36,526 nt of DNA from Folioceros fuciformis (Eukaryota): the NCBI GenBank assembly GCA_049999805.1, contig JBNGIO010006195.1, positions 1 through 36,526 on the forward strand, in the 5' to 3' direction. Shown in pieces: positions 32,304-36,526 of this stretch. Both the position numbers and the translations under genes were made by a program. A model generated the notes under the pieces. It saw only the letters and a program-made list of their open reading frames with translations, searched no databases and was not told where the DNA came from. The number at the start of each line of letters is the position of its first letter. Position 1 is the stretch's first letter.

Positions 32304-34207
32304 TCATGCAGGAGTTTTGGCACCCGATGGGTTCCGACCAAACTGAGCAATCATCGGTTTGCCCTTCAAGAGAAATCCGTTTGTTGTGCTCTGCCAGCCA
32401 CAAACATGTGATTAGAGTACAGGAAATGGACAAACTTTAGTGCGCACGTAAAAGCGGGTGAGGGAAGGAGCAATGCCAAAGAGTCTGCAGCCATTTCTGT
32501 TGTGGGAAATGTCACAAATGCTTGGCCCCTCATGCGCCCTTCCTGCAAGAAGGCATCCACAGGTGTAGGAGATCATGTCACAACCTCCGCACACAAAGCA
32601 CAGCGAGACGTTTCTGCCATTTGCAAGATTTAAAAATGGGATAGGGGACGTACCTGCATAAGTTTTATGTTGAGGGCGGCTTTCGCCTCTTCAAGTCCAG
32701 CAAAAAAAGCCCCTGAATGAGCACCCCGACACTGGCGGGAATCAGCAAAAGCAATTACCTGCCTGTGAAACGGCCATCCCCGAATCAGACATGTGTCAGG
32801 ACTCACCAAAAATGTGAAGGAGGTCGTCAACTGTAACATCCTTGGCCAGATTCTTGATGTACAGGACGGGTGTAGGATTCCCGGGAGTATAGTTCTGCAA
32901 ACAGGCATAAGAAATGAGAACTGTGAGGTATAAGACCTGTTGTACAACACCAAATCCATGGCTTCCTTCCATAAGGCAGCCAACCTTGAATGTGGGCAGC
33001 GACAGCAGTTCTTCAGGGGGGACTCTGCCTGCAAGGAGCTCCTCCCGTGTTGCGCATCCTGGTGGCTCGGCTTTTGCTTCTGCTATGTCATGGACTGGAC
33101 TCTCAACCACTTCCATCTTCCTTTCGTGGCTGGAGTCTGCTGCTGTGCCTCGTGCAGCAATTTTGATCTGCAGAAAGTAACCCCACTATAAGCATCCAAC
33201 GTGATATACCAAACAACAAACGTTGATCTGCGCCATCATATCCACCACAGACCTGCATCACAGGTTGCTTCCGTTTTACAGTGGAAGCTTCTTTGGCTGT
33301 CAAGGTGATGGACTTGACGCCAGCAGCCTCGTGAGAAGCTTCTTTATCAGCAGCTGGTCCCAAAACTGGCCCTGGTCTCTTCCGCTTTCGTGGGTTTTCA
33401 TGTTGCTGTTTTCCCTTCACCTTGTCATGATCCATGCTCTCAGCTTCACCCTGAACATCCACAACTGATGTCAAGCCCTCAATATGCTATATTACAATGA
33501 GGCCAATCAACATACTGCACTGGGCCAAGAGCTTCGACTGCGTCCACGCTACCTCATCAGACGACTCCAACTCCGATTCCCCGCTGGACAGGTCCGCAGG
33601 GGGAGGGGGAGGCGCACAATCGGGGGGAGGGGGAGGCACACACTCGGGAGGTTGCAACGGAGGCAAAGGCGGTGTTGGCATAGCCGGCCGGAATGGTGCA
33701 GGCAGATTCATCTTGTTCATCAAATGCAGCACCTGCAAACATGGCGCTTCCAGCACACAGCCTGTACGCTGATCAGACGAAAAGGCACACACAGCAGCCA
33801 AGCCTCTCTTGAAACAGATGCCCACAATTGTGTCCCCAACAGAATAAACACCTGTGTATACAAGCGCGGAACGGCAATCAACGCGTTCACGATGTTGGTC
33901 AAAATGTTTCCATCAGGCGGAGGATACGAGTACCTGACAAGAGGCTAGATACTTTCAGACGCAACCTACGAAACAACTTCCCACCAGATCATCAAGACAG
34001 CAAAGGAGCAGGGAAATATGCAAAGGTCCAGTCCACGCACTCGAGATGAGAAGGAAAAGGATAATCCACCCCTAGGCCGGGGCAAATTGGCTCCCCCGAG
34101 TATCCCATCGTTGGCAGCGGAGGCGCGTCCGGGGGAGGAGCATACGGCGGGAGCGGCGGCTGCCCATCCTTCCCCCCTACACCCGATTCTACATCCTTCA
34201 AGGCCAT
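32304..34207 (-). CDS. RNPC3: U11/U12 snRNP 65 kDa protein (RNPC3 homolog, minor spliceosome); 9 exons visible, 5' end uncertain
   Basis: Spliced translation: GEPICPGLGVDYPFPSHLE|YSYPPPDGNILTNIVNALIAVPRLYTQ|VLHLMNKMNLPAPF...SSGESELESSDE|...|NYTPGNPTPVLYIKNLAKDV...|...KLMQ|EGRMRGQAFVTFP...|STTNGFLLKGKPMIAQFGR...PA*. Stop at 32304-32306. Confidence 0.9.
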
Positions 34208-35410
34208 CTGTCCTCCTACGATCAACTGAAACCACGGCTCCAGCTGAATTCGACACCCACAAACCGGAACCCTGAAGCTGAATCTGATGAGGCTTATGCG
34301 AGTTGGAAAGCCAGAGTTGGAGAGTGGGGATTTCGTAAGAGGGCATTCACATGAAAACCAGGTCTTTTATTGCTACCTACTCCTTACGCCCTTGGTGGCA
34401 CATACAGCTACTTCTCCCTTGGGTAGCTACTCGTGATTGCTCCTGTGTTCGAAGGAAACGTTTATGCTTTGTAATATGTTTGGGCACTCTTATATCTGCC
34501 TTCGTTGGATAGAGTTGTTACATCGTTCCGGCCCTGAGACGGAGGCACTCTTTGCACATGCTACCGTATAGGGAAGCGAGAGTAAGGGAAAAAAAAAGAA
34601 AAAAATAGAAGAGCCTCCCTTTGGTTATCATGCAACTGGTGGTTCAAACTAGCTGTCAAACTCTCTGACACACCTGTTACTTTGAGCTTAGATCCATCTA
34701 TATGACTATGCTAAGCTGAAATTTGAGACCTTAATGGCTATTGTGCACGTGGGTTACCGTTATAAGGCCAATCACCCAAACTAGTTGAGAACCATTGACT
34801 ACTTGAGACGAAGAGAGGAAAAGCACATATAAAAAAACGCAAAAACTTCCTTCACGAGGCAAGACCTCCCCATGACTTTGATCTTGAGTAGAAAGTAGCT
34901 AGCCCTATTCTATAAATGGAGAGGATACTAAATTAGAAAGTGTTAAAACTCATTGGTAGGTATGCTTTCTCATGTTGTATATGTATTATCATGACCTAAA
35001 ATACCATTTATCACCAAGCCTAATTGCTTGGCTCAAAATTAACCAAGTGATCTAGTTAATATTAATCTCCTACACTTATTTTCATTGAAGCTACTAAATA
35101 ATATGTGGTTCACTTTTGAAAAGTTTAGGTTGGCTATAGTGTACAATATAAGTATCTCATGCATGAATTTATTATTATACTAATTTAGGGTTTATCTTAA
35201 ATAGCTATAAAAGGGGTGCACTAGTCTAACTTTTTAACATTACCAGCTACTAGTGATGCTCACTAACATTCCTAGCGGTGTAGTGTCTTATATTGTTGCA
35301 CTTGTGCATAATACTTTTTCATTATTTCTATCATCTTATAATTTTTTGAGGTGAAGTTTTTTATAGCTACTAAGCAATATTTTGGTGATAGATTTCTTTG
35401 TTTGTCAAAT

Positions 35411-36526
35411 ATGGAAGATCAAGAGCGAATATCTTCTCAGCGTCAAGATGAACAAAATCAAGAACAAACAAAGCCACCTCCTCAAGGTGGAGAAGAAATA
35501 TTTGCTTTAGAACAAGCGAGGCTAATTCCTCATGACGGAGATGAAATATTTGCTCACAATTCAATTTCAAGGGATAGTGCCAGCACAAGCGCAAGTAACT
35601 TTACTCCACTATGGTTAGAGAGGTTCTTAGAAACGGCAGACACATTCTACCAAGTTTGCAGTACTCACAAGAACAAGCCAAGTTCTTTGCTACGAAGTTT
35701 TTGTGTTTTATGTAAAGAGAAACCACTTTGTCGATATTGTATTGAAGAAGGTCACTTAAATCATCAAATATTACAAGTGAGAACTATAGCACGTAAAACT
35801 TGTGTACGTGTCGATAATATTTCTGAAGTAGACAAGGGTGTGGATTATAAGAATATCCAATCTCTTGCAGATAAAGAGTCATGAGTGCATGTTTTGCAAA
35901 GTTCTATCAAGAATCGTAATGCAGTAGAAGAAATTCAAAAAAAACATTATTCTAAATTATTTTGTATATATTGTATCAAGTCACAACAAAATTCTCAAAG
36001 ACAAAGTACAAAGCACTTATTTTGTTCAATTGATTGTAAAGTTCAATACTTCAAAAGATGCGCAAGATTGGATAATATCTCAATGGACCCGAACATATCA
36101 GTGAAGAACGTGGACAATCTAAAAGACACAGATTCACAAGATGTCCAAGAGCATGTTGAGAGAGGTTATGGCTACATCACGAAAAAACGAAAGGCACAAT
36201 CATCAAAGGAGGATTTGAAGTACGAAGACAATGAGCAAGCGAGCGCTTCCAAGCATGTTGGAAATAAAAAAGAAAAAATACAGCATTCAAAGGATAACTT
36301 AGAATGTGAAAATAACGAGAGTAAGCAAATTGTGACTTGTGAAAAGTGTAAAGTTAATAATTCCTTAAAAATTATCAAGTTAAATGTTTCAAACAAAACT
36401 ATGGTGATCAAAGAGTATTGTGAAGAATGTCTCAAGAATAAATTGCTTTTCTTTCCATGTCGTACTTCGTATAGACAAATTAGAAAGACATTATTTGAAA
36501 TCAAATTAGAATGTTCAATTGTTGCA
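35411..36526 (+). pseudogene. Intronless PLATZ-like zinc-binding protein with a single in-frame TGA (35882-35884); frame open to window end
   Basis: PLWLERFL...FYQVCSTH...FCVLC...LCRYC...HLNHQILQVR...VRVDNI...IQ...*VHVL...CIYC...FCSIDCK follows the PLATZ Cys/His pattern across the stop in one frame. Confidence 0.75.

Noticed and set aside
35882-35884. Selenocysteine, readthrough or U-to-C editing of the PLATZ TGA
   Set aside because: The position corresponds to Arg/Lys rather than Cys, land plants lack Sec machinery, and U-to-C editing is organellar. A point mutation or sequencing error is simpler.

Overview
This is plant nuclear genomic DNA with compact genes and ~80-130 nt introns; the architecture suggests a non-seed plant such as a hornwort or lycophyte (inference). 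There are two 100-N gaps (16870-16969, 22407-22506). The window opens with a minisatellite and tRNA-Gln(CTG). A ~14 kb array of decayed F-box genes follows, containing a tandem duplication with two intron-containing class-I-like small heat-shock protein genes and heat-shock elements. Next come a 9-exon GH28 polygalacturonase and a fold-back repeat next to a decayed snoRNA copy. A multi-exon plastid ArgJ gene (minus strand) hosts a box C/D snoRNA cluster (U15 x2, U35) in its one long intron. The rest holds a LINE-like relic, a 32-bp minisatellite, a SAUR76-78-like gene, a minor-spliceosome U11/U12-65K gene with no intact N-terminal RRM visible, and an intronless AT-rich PLATZ-like reading frame with one in-frame TGA that runs off the window end. 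All similarity calls come from recalled family motifs and manual translation, not database searches.
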